Shown here: positions 38,486-48,448 of the stretch, one piece after another | How the letters are laid out: each line of letters starts with the position of its first letter | Numbering within the stretch: position 1 is the first letter of the stretch | Source: a candidate division WOR-3 bacterium | GTDB taxonomy: Bacteria; Hydrothermota; Hydrothermia; Hydrothermales; JAJRUZ01 | Direction of reading: 5' to 3' | NCBI GenBank assembly: GCA_039804025.1 | Contig: JBDRZP010000002.1 | Coordinates: 96,851 to 160,850, forward strand | Length of the DNA stretch: 64,000 bases | Program-made: the position numbers and the translations under genes | Notes under the pieces: model-generated | What the model was told of the DNA's origin: nothing | The model's database searches: none | Seen by the model: only the letters and a program-made list of their open reading frames with translations

Positions 38486-39328
38486 TCAAAAGATTTCTGA
38501 AAATTTAGAAATTAAAATAAGGTCACAACCTGCTTTTAAAGAAAATTCAATACTTTCCTTTAAAGAGTAATATTTTTTTATACCTCCCATTAATAAATCA
38601 TCAGTTATTATTTTACCTTTAAATAAGAGTTTTTTTCTTAAAATTTCCTTTAAAAAAAATTCAGAGAATAAAACAGGATGTTCTGATATCTTTTCATATT
38701 TAATAAATCCAGCCATTACATACTCAATACCATTTTTTATTAAAACTTTATAGGGGAAAAAATCTTTCTCAAGTTCCAAAAGAAAACAATATGAAACAGG
38801 AAGCTCTCTGTGAGGATCTTCCTTTGCTCTTGCCTGGTTTATAAAATGCTTAGCACAGCAAGAAACTCCTTCTTCCTTCATTATTCTAAAAAATTTAAGG
38901 GAATACTCTGACACAATTTTAGGATCATTTCCAAAACTTCTTCCCTTTTTACATATAATTTCATTTTCACTATCAAAACAAATATCAACACAGGGAGCAA
39001 AATTTATATCAATACCCAGATCCTTCATTTTCCTTGCCATTTCTCTTACATCTTTTTCGAACTCTATAAAAGGCATTTTGCTCCATTCCTTAGGTGAAGG
39101 GAAACCAGTAAGAATCCATGAAGCATATCCACCTTCCTGGTCTGTGGCAATTTTTAAATCGTATTGAGCAAAATTTTTTAAATCTCTTATAAATTCCTTA
39201 ATTTCTTTTAAATCTTTATTCCTAAAAGAACTCTTTAAAAAAATAGCAAAAGGTTTTATGTTTTTAACAATTTCAAATCCTTCCTCAAAATCTTCAATTC
39301 CAATAATAAAATTCTTATAAGGATTCAC
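38486..39328 (-). CDS. Glycoside hydrolase family 3 N-terminal-domain protein (NagZ-like beta-N-acetylhexosaminidase, short)
   Basis: IATDQEGG and DINFAPCVDI resemble the GH3 / NagZ active-site region. Confidence 0.55.
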   Translation of the reverse strand: MNPYKNFIIGIEDFEEGFEIVKNIKPFAIFLKSSFRNKDLKEIKEFIRDLKNFAQYDLKIATDQEGGYASWILTGFPSPKEWSKMPFIEFEKDVREMARKMKDLGIDINFAPCVDICFDSENEIICKKGRSFGNDPKIVSEYSLKFFRIMKEEGVSCCAKHFINQARAKEDPHRELPVSYCFLLELEKDFFPYKVLIKNGIEYVMAGFIKYEKISEHPVLFSEFFLKEILRKKLLFKGKIITDDLLMGGIKKYYSLKESIEFSLKAGCDLILISKFSEIF

Positions 39329-39912
39329 CTAAAACTAATTTTTCTTTCCTTACCCTCAATTATTCTTTTAATATTTGACCTGTGAGCAAAGAAAATAAAA
39401 ACTACTGTTATAAAAAGTAAAATATCAAAGTAAAGAGGGTAGTTTTCAATAAATATACTTACAATTAAAACAGTAAGAGAAGCAGAAAGTGAGCCAAGGG
39501 AAACCATTCTGAATAGAAGAATAACTGTAAAAAAAACTATAGCACCTATTAATATGGGAAAAGGAATTAAAGCTAAAAAGGCTCCAAATAAAGTGGCAAC
39601 ACCCTTTCCACCTTTAAATAAAAGAAAAGGAGAAGTTATATGACCCAAAACAGTTAAAAAGGCAACTAAACTTGCAAAATCAAAGGAAAAAAGTCTTAAA
39701 GCAAAAAAAGTTGGGAAAAAGGCTTTGCTTATATCAAAAATGAGAGTTAAAATACCGATCTTTTTATCAAACCTGAAAACATTTGTAGCACCTATATTAC
39801 CACTTCCGAATTTTCTAATATCCTCACCCTTAAAAATTTTCACAAATATAAACCCATATGGAACAGAACCTGAAAGGTAGGAAAGAATCAAATAAATTAA
39901 TTTAGAATGCAT
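39325..39912 (-). CDS. plsY: Glycerol-3-phosphate acyltransferase PlsY
   Basis: LSGSVPYGFIF...GSGNIGATNVFR is the PlsY signature. Confidence 0.85.
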   Translation of the reverse strand: MHSKLIYLILSYLSGSVPYGFIFVKIFKGEDIRKFGSGNIGATNVFRFDKKIGILTLIFDISKAFFPTFFALRLFSFDFASLVAFLTVLGHITSPFLLFKGGKGVATLFGAFLALIPFPILIGAIVFFTVILLFRMVSLGSLSASLTVLIVSIFIENYPLYFDILLFITVVFIFFAHRSNIKRIIEGKERKISFR

Positions 39913-41082
39913 TTTATTATTCTAAATTTTTATAATTTCAAAATGAAAATCCTTGCAGAATTTTTTTCCATTATACCTCCCATTTTTTTTCCCTTATCTG
40001 TTTCAGTTTCATCAGTTTTGTTTATTCTTCTTATAATATCTCCACTTTTAAAATTTAAGGAATTTTTAAACTTCTCAAAAAAATACAGGTTTTTTTATAT
40101 TTTTCTTTTTCTTTTTTTTATTTCCTATATATTTTCTTCTATTTTTTCCTATAATCCCCTATACAGCTTGAAAAAAATCCGGGAATTTTTATTTTACCTT
40201 GCAATTCCTTCCACTATATTTATTTTTCAGGGATATAAAAAAAGGAAAAGAATTTTAAAAATTTTTATTTTATTTTCCCTTTTAAGTGCTTTCTATTCCT
40301 TCTTTCAAATTTTAAAGGGAAAAGGTGATGAAATTAGGGCTCACGGTTTTTTTCTTCATCCTTTGACCTATTCAGGCTTTTTAATTATTCCTCTTACCTT
40401 TTCAGTGGGCTTTGCCTTAACCTCTAAGAAAAAAGAAAAATTTTTTTATCTATTTGCCTTTTTTGTGCTTATAACAGCTCTTTTATTAACAGATTCAAGG
40501 GGAGCTCTTTTTTCTCTTTTTATTTCAACAATAATTTTAATTTTTAAATTAAAGAAAAAAATAATTTTCCCAATTTTTTTAATTTTTACTTTATTTCTGA
40601 TTCTATTTTTAATAAAAAATCCTCTTAATATAAGAAAAATTGATTTAAGAAAGGAAAGTATAGAAAAAAGAACTCTTTTAATAAAAGCTTTTCCTGAATT
40701 CTTTTTTAAAAAACCAATTTTTGGATACGGAAGAGTCTACACAGAAGAATGGATTAAAACCCTTGACAAAAACAAATATAAGGAAGAAAGCATTAAAATT
40801 TTAAAAGAAATGAACCACTTTCATAACAGTTTCCTCCAGGTAATCTTTTATTTTGGAATTATAGGTTTTTTAATTTTATATTCCATTTATTTTTATCTTT
40901 TAAAAACCTTATATTCAAAAAAAACACTTTTATCTTTTTTAACATTTACAAACCTTTTAGCCTTTCTTATTCATGGCTTTTTTGAAATAAATATTTTTGC
41001 TGAGGAAATTTTTTTGCCCCTTTTTTATTTCATAGGAATTTCCCTTAGTGAAGATGAAAATAATTCTTTATTCAGGGTATAA
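39907..41082 (+). CDS. O-antigen ligase (Wzy_C)-family membrane protein
   Basis: A polytopic protein with the motif LLTDSRGALFSL characteristic of the O-antigen ligase / Wzy_C loop. Confidence 0.65.
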   Translation: MHFIILNFYNFKMKILAEFFSIIPPIFFPLSVSVSSVLFILLIISPLLKFKEFLNFSKKYRFFYIFLFLFFISYIFSSIFSYNPLYSLKKIREFLFYLAIPSTIFIFQGYKKRKRILKIFILFSLLSAFYSFFQILKGKGDEIRAHGFFLHPLTYSGFLIIPLTFSVGFALTSKKKEKFFYLFAFFVLITALLLTDSRGALFSLFISTIILIFKLKKKIIFPIFLIFTLFLILFLIKNPLNIRKIDLRKESIEKRTLLIKAFPEFFFKKPIFGYGRVYTEEWIKTLDKNKYKEESIKILKEMNHFHNSFLQVIFYFGIIGFLILYSIYFYLLKTLYSKKTLLSFLTFTNLLAFLIHGFFEINIFAEEIFLPLFYFIGISLSEDENNSLFRV

Positions 41083-42106
41083 ACCCTATGCTACTGTTAG
41101 TTATTTTTATAAATATCTCAAAAGAATAAATCCTGATACAATCTTTATATCATATAACGAAGGGACAGATTATTTTATAAATTCAAGAAAAATAACCTTA
41201 AAAAAAATATTTAAAGAAATATTTGAACCTGATCTATTTATTTACGTTGAAACAGATCCTGGAAATGGTTTCTGGATTGAGGATATAAATGAGGTAAAGG
41301 TTAAAAAGGCATGCTGGCTTATTGATAACCACTTAAATTTTATCTGGCATAAAAATTTTGCTAAACTCTTTGATTATGTTTTTGTGGCACAAAAATCTCT
41401 TATCCCATGGTTTAAAAAATATGGATTAACTCCTCTTTTTTTACCCCTTGCCTGTGATCCTGAAATACATAAAGAATGGTTTAATGAAAAGGAATATGAT
41501 ATTGTTTTTATAGGACACCTAAATAAAGAAAGGGAAAAATTTTTTAAAGAAATTGAAAAAAATTTAAAGGGAATAAAGTTAAAGGTAATGGAAAAGATAT
41601 ATCTTGAAGAAATGGCAAAAATGCAAAGTAAGGGCAAACTGGGTTTTAACTTACCTGTTAGAAAGGATATAAATATGAGAACCTTTGAAGTTCCTGCCTG
41701 TGGCTGTCTTCTTTTTTCACCCTATATAAAACACCTTGATGAAATTTTTAAGGAAGAGGAAATAGTTATTTACAAAAACATAAAAGATATTTTTAGAAAA
41801 ATAGAATTCTATTTAGAAAATAAAGAAGAATGGGAAGAAAAGAGAAAAAGGGGAAAGGAAAAAGTTTTGAAAGAGCACACTTATTTTAACAGGGTAAAAA
41901 ATTTTCTTGAAAAAATAAAGGAGGAAAAAAATGAAAGAAAAATAAGTTATTTTGATTTTTATTACTTAAAAACTAAAAAACCTTTCAGAAAATACTTTGT
42001 ACTTAAAGATTTTCTTAAAATTTTGAAATTCAAAAATTTAATTAAAAATTTATACATTGAATTTTGTGTTAAAATTAGAAAAAAATTTAAAAAATTTCCT
42101 TATTAA
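41048..42106 (+). CDS. CgeB-like / DUF3880 glycosyltransferase-family protein
   Basis: It has a K/E-rich GT-B-like C-terminus. The assignment is by resemblance only. Confidence 0.4.
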   Translation: MKMKIILYSGYKPYATVSYFYKYLKRINPDTIFISYNEGTDYFINSRKITLKKIFKEIFEPDLFIYVETDPGNGFWIEDINEVKVKKACWLIDNHLNFIWHKNFAKLFDYVFVAQKSLIPWFKKYGLTPLFLPLACDPEIHKEWFNEKEYDIVFIGHLNKEREKFFKEIEKNLKGIKLKVMEKIYLEEMAKMQSKGKLGFNLPVRKDINMRTFEVPACGCLLFSPYIKHLDEIFKEEEIVIYKNIKDIFRKIEFYLENKEEWEEKRKRGKEKVLKEHTYFNRVKNFLEKIKEEKNERKISYFDFYYLKTKKPFRKYFVLKDFLKILKFKNLIKNLYIEFCVKIRKKFKKFPY

Positions 42107-42108
42107 TA

Positions 42109-43074
42109 ATGAAAATTTTTATAGATATAACTCCTTTAAGATACACCTTTTCTGGAATTCAGGTTTTTACTTTGAATCTTATAAGGGAATTTAAAAAAAT
42201 GGGAGAAGAGGTAATTGAAATAGAAAAACCTTTTATAAGATTAATTTTCTCTAAAGGAGATGTTTATTTAGGTCCAGATGGGAGAATACCTTTTTTAAAA
42301 AGATTTAAGATTATAAGCACGATAATTCATGATATATGTTTTGAAACAGAACCTTCTTTATTTCCTTCTAATTCAATAAAACTTGCAAGGAAAAAAGTAA
42401 AAAGAGCCCTTTTAAAATCAGATGTTATTTTTGTTCCATCGGAATTTACAAAGGAAAGTATAAAAAAATTTTATGGATTTGAAGATAAAATTAAAGTTGT
42501 TTATCCTGGAGTTAAAATTCCTGAAGATATAACAAAAACCTTTGATGTTCCTGAAAAATTCTTTTTATTTGTAGGAACGGTTCAAAAGAGAAAAAATCTC
42601 ATTAATCTTGTTAGAGCTTTTAAAGAATTGAGTTTAAAAGAATTTTACCTTTTAATAGCAGGTGAAAGGGGATTTGGTTTTGAAGAAATTGAAAGAGAAA
42701 TAGGTAGTAATGTAATCTGGTTAAAAAGAAATTTAACTCAGGAGGAAATATTTTTTCTATATAAAAATTGTGTTGCTTTTATTTACCCGAGCTTCTGCGA
42801 AGGTTTTGGTCTTCCTGTTCTTGAAGCAATGATTTCAAAAAAACCTGTAATAGCTACACCTCTTCCAGTTTTTAAAGAGTTTGCTCAAGATGGTATTTTT
42901 TATTTAAAAGGATTTGATAAAAATGACATAAAAGAGGGTATAATTTATTTTCTTCAAGAAAGTGAGGAGAATATTAAAAACAAAGTTCTTAAAGGTTACG
43001 AAATTGCAAAAAATTTTACTTGGGAAAAAACAGCTCTTAAAATATTAGAAAAATGGAAGGAAATGATCTTATAA
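42109..43074 (+). CDS. Glycosyltransferase family 4 (GT-B)
   Basis: EGFGLPVLEAMISKKPVIAT is the GT4 / EX7E region. Confidence 0.75.
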   Translation: MKIFIDITPLRYTFSGIQVFTLNLIREFKKMGEEVIEIEKPFIRLIFSKGDVYLGPDGRIPFLKRFKIISTIIHDICFETEPSLFPSNSIKLARKKVKRALLKSDVIFVPSEFTKESIKKFYGFEDKIKVVYPGVKIPEDITKTFDVPEKFFLFVGTVQKRKNLINLVRAFKELSLKEFYLLIAGERGFGFEEIEREIGSNVIWLKRNLTQEEIFFLYKNCVAFIYPSFCEGFGLPVLEAMISKKPVIATPLPVFKEFAQDGIFYLKGFDKNDIKEGIIYFLQESEENIKNKVLKGYEIAKNFTWEKTALKILEKWKEMIL

Positions 43075-44396
43075 AAAGGTTAATAGAAAATCCTAAATTA
43101 CTATTACCTGACCTTGAGCCGAGCTTTTACCAATATGAAAATATAGAAAGATTTTTTGAAATTTTAGAAGAAAAAAAAGAAATTGGGGAAAAAATTCTCA
43201 TCATAGGTCACGAGGATGTGGATGGCATAGCCTCTCTTTTTGGAATGGAAATTCTTATTAAAGAAATAGGTCTTAACTTTAAAACTTACCTTCCTTCAAG
43301 AGAGAATGAATCCTATGGAATATCTGATAAAGTAATTGAAAGGTTAAAGGATGAGAATTTTGACTTTTTAATTACAGTGGATTGTGGTCTTTCAAATGTA
43401 ATGGAAATCAAACATTTGAGAGAACTCGGCTTTGATGTTTTTGTTATTGACCATCATTTTGAAGGTAATTTTGAAGAGGAAAATTTAATACATCCTTTTA
43501 AAGGGAAAGGGTTTCCCTTTTTGTCTAATGGTGTTTTAATTTTTATTTTACTTTTTAAAAAATTCGGAGAAAATTTATGGAAAGAAAAGAAATTTTTTGA
43601 TTTTGTTTATCTATCAGGACTCTCTGTTTTATCAGATAAAGTTCCTATTTGCTCAGTAAATCAGTATGTTTTAAATAAAAGTGAATCTATTTTCCCGGAA
43701 ACTGAAATTTATAAAATTTTTAACGAGGTAAATATGAAGCCTCCTCAATTCAAGGAAATATCAAAGATTATTCCCCTTATTCCTGCAAGGAATGGTACTC
43801 ACTTAATTTTAGATTTTTTAAGAGAAAGTGAGGTTTTGGGGAAAAAGAAAATAATGAGAGAAATAATTTCAACATATATTGAAGAGCAAAAAAATTTTGA
43901 AGAATCTCTTTTTATTTCAAAAAATTCAATTTATACTGAAAATAACATTAACTTTATTATATCAAAAAATATAAATCCAAGATACGCAGGATGGATAGCA
44001 GGAAGATTTTTGAAGGAAAATAATTTTCCTTCAATATGCATAACAAGAAAAAATAATGAATGGATAGGTGAAGCAAGATCAAAACCACCTCTTTCGGTTT
44101 TAAAGTTATTAAGGGAAACATCTTTTTTATTTGAAGAATTTGGTGGACATCCCTTTGCCTGCGGATTTAGAATAAAAGAAGAAAATATTGAACCTTTAAT
44201 CAAGAACATAAAAATATTATCAGGTGATTTAAAGAACTTTATCCCTGAACCTGATCTTATACTTGATGAGAAAGAATTTAAGGAATTAAGAGAAATATTA
44301 GAAAAAATTAGTAAGACCGGAATTAATTTTTATATTAAAGTAGGTGAAAAAATCTTTTATTCAACCAAGGAGGGAATTTTAACCTTAAAGCTCTAA
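43053..44396 (+). CDS. DHH-family phosphoesterase (RecJ-like / NrnA-like; DHH + DHHA1)
   Basis: It carries the DHH motifs HEDVDGIAS, ITVDCG and IDHH, plus a DHHA1 motif, GGHPFACGF. Confidence 0.7.
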   Translation: MEGNDLIKRLIENPKLLLPDLEPSFYQYENIERFFEILEEKKEIGEKILIIGHEDVDGIASLFGMEILIKEIGLNFKTYLPSRENESYGISDKVIERLKDENFDFLITVDCGLSNVMEIKHLRELGFDVFVIDHHFEGNFEEENLIHPFKGKGFPFLSNGVLIFILLFKKFGENLWKEKKFFDFVYLSGLSVLSDKVPICSVNQYVLNKSESIFPETEIYKIFNEVNMKPPQFKEISKIIPLIPARNGTHLILDFLRESEVLGKKKIMREIISTYIEEQKNFEESLFISKNSIYTENNINFIISKNINPRYAGWIAGRFLKENNFPSICITRKNNEWIGEARSKPPLSVLKLLRETSFLFEEFGGHPFACGFRIKEENIEPLIKNIKILSGDLKNFIPEPDLILDEKEFKELREILEKISKTGINFYIKVGEKIFYSTKEGILTLKL

Positions 44397-45514
44397 ACAG
44401 AGGATTTTGCTGTAAGAATTGTGTAAGAAAAGATAAAATCCTTAAAAAGACCTTCAGATGTTTTTGCTTTTATATTTATCCTCTCAGGTTCTATATTCAT
44501 AATTTTTGCAAGGTTTTCCCTTATCTTTTTCTTTTTTTCACCCAATTTGGGCTCATCAAGAAGTATAGTTATATCTATGTTAATAATATCGTAACTCTCT
44601 TTTTTAAAAAGATTCATTATTTTTTTTAAAAAAATTTTTGACCTTTTATTCTTCCATCTTTTATCTGTATCAGGGAAAAAATCACCTATATCTCCTCTCC
44701 CCAAAACACCAAGTAAAGCATCACAAAGGGAATGTATAACAGCATCACCATCAGAGTGTCCAAGGGCAAAAATTCCCCTTTTAACACTTAAACCACCTAT
44801 ATAGAGGGAACCTTTACCTTTTACCAATTTATGGGAGTCAAACCCGAGACCTATTTTAAATGAAAATAAATTAAGGAATTCTTGCATATTTTTCAGATCT
44901 TCTTCAAAGGTAATTTTAAAGTTAAAAAAAGAATCTTTTATAAAAAAGGGATTTATATTTAAAACTTCTTTTAAAAGAGTGCTTTCATCAGGGAAATCTC
45001 TTCTTTTAGTTTTTTGAAGAGCTTTTAAAATTAAATCTTTTCTTGTTGCCTGTGGGGTGTGAATTAATTTAATTTTCTCTCTTTCAATTTTTTCATCTTC
45101 ATAAAAAACAGTGTCAGATGGAGTATAAAAGGGAACAATAATTTCTTTTTCAGAAAGTTTTTTCCTCATTTTACTTAAAAGTTTCAAAGAAAAAAAGGGA
45201 CGGGCAAGGTCATGTATAAACAAATAATTATAAGAGGCATTTTTAACACCCTTTTCCATACTTAAACACCTCGTTTTACCACCTTCTACCACTTTAATTT
45301 TTAATTTATAATTTTCTTTATCAATTTCTTTCTTTATATCTTTTACATATTTTTTGGGACACACAAAGATAATTTCACCTATGAATTTTAAATTAGAAAG
45401 TTTATTTATAAGGGAAAGGTAAATTGGTTTATTATTGAGTTTTAAAGATATTTTTGGTTTTCCAAATCTTTTTCCTTTGCCTGCTCCGAGTAAAATAAAA
45501 GAGGTATCTCTCAA
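44393..45514 (-). CDS. ispDF: Bifunctional 2-C-methyl-D-erythritol 4-phosphate cytidylyltransferase / 2-C-methyl-D-erythritol 2,4-cyclodiphosphate synthase
   Basis: The IspD N-terminus is ILLGAGKGKRFG. The IspF C-terminus is IGLGFDSHKL...GHSDGDAVIHSLCDALLG. Confidence 0.9.
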   Translation of the reverse strand: MRDTSFILLGAGKGKRFGKPKISLKLNNKPIYLSLINKLSNLKFIGEIIFVCPKKYVKDIKKEIDKENYKLKIKVVEGGKTRCLSMEKGVKNASYNYLFIHDLARPFFSLKLLSKMRKKLSEKEIIVPFYTPSDTVFYEDEKIEREKIKLIHTPQATRKDLILKALQKTKRRDFPDESTLLKEVLNINPFFIKDSFFNFKITFEEDLKNMQEFLNLFSFKIGLGFDSHKLVKGKGSLYIGGLSVKRGIFALGHSDGDAVIHSLCDALLGVLGRGDIGDFFPDTDKRWKNKRSKIFLKKIMNLFKKESYDIINIDITILLDEPKLGEKKKKIRENLAKIMNIEPERINIKAKTSEGLFKDFIFSYTILTAKSSV

Positions 45515-45777
45515 ATTTTCTGGAGTAAGTAAATCATAAGGAAAATTAGAACAAAGGTTAATAAGTTAATTGTGAATATAAATCCAAATTTTAAATTAAT
45601 TATCATTAAATTTAATTTTATCTCATCTATTCCAACCTTAGCATTATAAAGTATTGCTTCCCTTGCAGGAGAGGGGGGTAAAAAATATTTTAAGATAACT
45701 CCCATTATATCACCGAGTGCTCCTGCAAGTATTACAGCGATAATATTTCTAAGTGTAAATATTTTTCTTGCGCTCAT
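45511..45777 (-). CDS. Small hypothetical membrane protein
   Basis: 88 aa with two hydrophobic segments. It overlaps ispDF by 4 nt and lies directly downstream of tRNA-Leu. Confidence 0.4.
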   Translation of the reverse strand: MSARKIFTLRNIIAVILAGALGDIMGVILKYFLPPSPAREAILYNAKVGIDEIKLNLMIINLKFGFIFTINLLTFVLIFLMIYLLQKI

Positions 45778-45787
45778 AAAAAATTTA

Positions 45788-45871
45788 TGCCGGGGGCGGG
45801 ACTCGAACCCGCACGGGGTTTCCCCCAGGGGATTTTAAGTCCCCTACGTCTACCGGTTCCGTCACCCCGGC
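45788..45871 (-). tRNA. tRNA-Leu (anticodon UAA)
   Basis: The minus-strand sequence is GCCGGGGTGACGG...GGGGACTTAAAATCCCC...GCGGGTTCGAGTCCCGCCCCCGGCA. The anticodon loop CUUAAAA gives anticodon UAA. It has a long variable arm, a GGTTCGAGTCC T-arm and discriminator A. The CCA end is not encoded. Confidence 0.9.
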
Positions 45872-45922
45872 AAAGTTTAATTTGCTTTTTATATTTTAAT
45901 AAAATTATAATTTTTTTTCAAC

Positions 45923-45934
45923 AGGTTCAATTCC
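45923..45934 (+). promoter_or_regulatory. Upstream motif AGGTTCAATTCC, 23 nt upstream of the acpP ATG
   Basis: Seen directly. The opposite strand reads TTGAAC, a 15-nt spacer, then TATAAT. That is also a plausible promoter for the divergent tRNA-Leu. Confidence 0.5.
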
Positions 45935-45957
45935 TTTTGTTAAAAGGAGGTTATTTA

Positions 45958-46194
45958 ATGGATGTTTTTAACACTCTAAGGGATATAATTGTGGAAGAAC
46001 TGAATGTAACACCAGAACAGGTAACATTAGAAGCAAGATTTCAGGAGGATCTTGGAGCAGATTCTCTTGATGTAGTGGAACTTGTAATGAAGATAGAGGA
46101 AAAATTTGGTATTGAGATACCGGATGAAGATGCAGAAAAGATAAGAACAGTTAAGGATGCAGTTGAGTATATTGAAAGTAAATTAAAAACATGA
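45958..46194 (+). CDS. acpP: Acyl carrier protein
   Basis: [17 protein letters not shown]...[13 protein letters not shown] carries the phosphopantetheine-attachment site DSLD. The RBS is AAAAGGAGG. The track ORF starts falsely inside the tRNA. Confidence 0.9.
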   Translation: MDVFNTLRDIIVEELNVTPEQVTLEARFQEDLGADSLDVVELVMKIEEKFGIEIPDEDAEKIRTVKDAVEYIESKLKT

Positions 46195-47432
46195 AAAGGG
46201 CTGTTGTAACAGGGATAGGTATTCTTACTTCCCTTGGTAAAACAAAAGATGAAAATTTCAATAATTTACTGAAAGGGAAAAGTGGAGTAAAAGTTATTGA
46301 AAAATTTGATGTTTCTGATTTTCCATCAAAAATTGCAGCTGAAATAAAAAATTTTGATCCAACAGATAGACTTTCTCCAAAAGAAATAAAAAGACAGGAT
46401 CTTTTTGTAATTTATTCCCTTTATGTTGTAGAAGAGGCACTTAAAGATGCTGGATGGGATAAGGGATTTCCTTATAAAGGTGAAGAAGTTGGCGTTATAA
46501 TTTCTTCAGGGATTGGTGGAATTATTACCCTTGAGGAGGAAATCAAGAAAATGGTGCAAAAGGGGGCAAAATGGGTTTCTCCTTTTCTTGTTCCTATGAT
46601 GATACCAGATATGGCTTCTGGTGTAATTTCAATAAAATACGGTTTTAAAGGTCCTAATTTTTGTGTTGTTTCCGCATGTGCTTCAAGTGCCCATGCTCTT
46701 GGTGAAGCAAAGTTAATAATAGAAAAGGGTTATGCCAAAGCAATGGTAGTGGGGGGTGCAGAAGCTCCTATAACCCCAATAGCTATTGCTGGATTTGGAA
46801 ATATGAAAGCTCTATCAACAAGAAACGATGAGCCAGAAAAAGCTTCAAGACCATTTGATAAATTAAGAGACGGTTTTGTTATGGGTGAAGGATGTGCTGT
46901 TCTAATACTTGAGGAAAAGGAAAGTGCTATAAAAAGAGGAGCAAGAATTTATGCAGAACTAATAGGCTATGGAGCAACAGCGGATGCATTCCATATTACA
47001 GCCCCCTGTGCTGATGGAGAGGGAGCCTATAGAGCAATGAAGATGGCATGTGAGGACGCAGGAGTAAATCCAGAGGAAATAGATTATATAAATGCTCATG
47101 GAACAGCAACACCAAGGGGTGATGTAGCTGAGACCCTTGCGATCAAGAAACTTATGGGAGAAAGAGCATATAAGGTGCCAATAAATTCAACAAAAAGTAT
47201 GGTAGGACATTTATTAGGTGGAGCCGGAGCACTTGAAGCTGCTGTTACTGCCCTTTCAATTTATCATAAAAAGGTCCACCCAACAATTAACCTTGAAGTT
47301 CCTGATCCTGAATGTGACCTTGATTATGTTAAAGAGGGTTCAAGAGAAGTAGATATAAAGTATGCTCTCTCAAATTCTTTTGGTTTCGGGGGGCATAACT
47401 GTTCTCTTTTATTTAAAAAATTTGAGGAATAA
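46191..47432 (+). CDS. fabF: 3-oxoacyl-ACP synthase II
   Basis: It carries the Cys-His-His triad context: [20 protein letters not shown] and GHLLGGAGA. Confidence 0.9.
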   Translation: MKRAVVTGIGILTSLGKTKDENFNNLLKGKSGVKVIEKFDVSDFPSKIAAEIKNFDPTDRLSPKEIKRQDLFVIYSLYVVEEALKDAGWDKGFPYKGEEVGVIISSGIGGIITLEEEIKKMVQKGAKWVSPFLVPMMIPDMASGVISIKYGFKGPNFCVVSACASSAHALGEAKLIIEKGYAKAMVVGGAEAPITPIAIAGFGNMKALSTRNDEPEKASRPFDKLRDGFVMGEGCAVLILEEKESAIKRGARIYAELIGYGATADAFHITAPCADGEGAYRAMKMACEDAGVNPEEIDYINAHGTATPRGDVAETLAIKKLMGERAYKVPINSTKSMVGHLLGGAGALEAAVTALSIYHKKVHPTINLEVPDPECDLDYVKEGSREVDIKYALSNSFGFGGHNCSLLFKKFEE

Positions 47433-47434
47433 TT

Positions 47435-48448
47435 ATGAAGGATGATAGAAAAAAAGCACTTGAGATGGCTATAAAGCAAATAGAAAAGGTTCATGGTAAG
47501 GGAGCAATAATGAGATTAGGAGAGAGAGAATTAATAAAAGTACCGGTAATTTCTACAGGTTCAATATCCCTTGACCTTGCACTTGGAATAGGTGGTTATC
47601 CAAGGGGAAGAATAATTGAAATTTTTGGACCTGAGGCTTCTGGAAAAACAACCCTTGCACTACATGCAATTGCTGAGGTTCAAAAAGAGGGTGGGATTGC
47701 AGCCTTTATAGATGCTGAACATGCTCTTGACCCTGTTTATGCTGAAAAACTTGGTGTTAATCTTTCTGAATTATGGATTTCTCAACCAGATACAGGGGAG
47801 CAGGCTCTTGAAATTGCAGAAACTCTTGTTCGTTCAGGAGCTGTGGATTTAATAGTTGTTGATTCAGTTGCTGCCCTTGTTCCAAAAGCAGAAATAACAG
47901 GTGAAATGGGAGAAGCCCATGTGGGACTTCAGGCAAGGCTTATGTCCCAGGCTATGAGAAAACTGGCAGGAGTTTTAAATAAATCAAAAACCTGTGCGAT
48001 ATTTATAAACCAGATAAGACATAGAATAGGGGTTTTATATGGAAATCCTGAAACAACTCCAGGAGGCCTTGCTTTAAAGTTCCATGCTTCTTTAAGGCTT
48101 GAAATAAAGAAAGTTGAAACAATTAAATCAGATGAGGAAGTAATAGGAAATAGAGTGAAGGTAAAGGTCGTTAAAAATAAACTCGCACCACCTTTCAAAG
48201 AGGCTACTTTTGATATTTTATATGGAAAAGGAATATCAAAGGAAAGTGAATTAATTGATCTTGCTGTGGAAAAAGGAATTATTCAGAAATCAGGAGCCTG
48301 GTATGCTTATAAAGGGAGACAACTTGGTCAGGGAAAAGATAATGTAAGAAAAATTCTTGAAGAAGACAAAAAACTATTTGAGGAAATTGAAAAAGAGTTA
48401 AAAAAAGAACTTTTTGAAAAGGATATAAAAGAAGAGAAAAAAGATTAG
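47435..48448 (+). CDS. recA: Recombinase RecA
   Basis: [39 protein letters not shown] carries the Walker A motif and the L1 / L2 regions. Confidence 0.95.
   Translation: MKDDRKKALEMAIKQIEKVHGKGAIMRLGERELIKVPVISTGSISLDLALGIGGYPRGRIIEIFGPEASGKTTLALHAIAEVQKEGGIAAFIDAEHALDPVYAEKLGVNLSELWISQPDTGEQALEIAETLVRSGAVDLIVVDSVAALVPKAEITGEMGEAHVGLQARLMSQAMRKLAGVLNKSKTCAIFINQIRHRIGVLYGNPETTPGGLALKFHASLRLEIKKVETIKSDEEVIGNRVKVKVVKNKLAPPFKEATFDILYGKGISKESELIDLAVEKGIIQKSGAWYAYKGRQLGQGKDNVRKILEEDKKLFEEIEKELKKELFEKDIKEEKKD

Noticed and set aside
45787-45957. 5' extension of the acpP ORF ([12 protein letters not shown]...)
   Set aside because: The extension runs through the tRNA-Leu gene on the opposite strand. 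The real ACP starts at MDVFNT (45958) with an AAAAGGAGG RBS.
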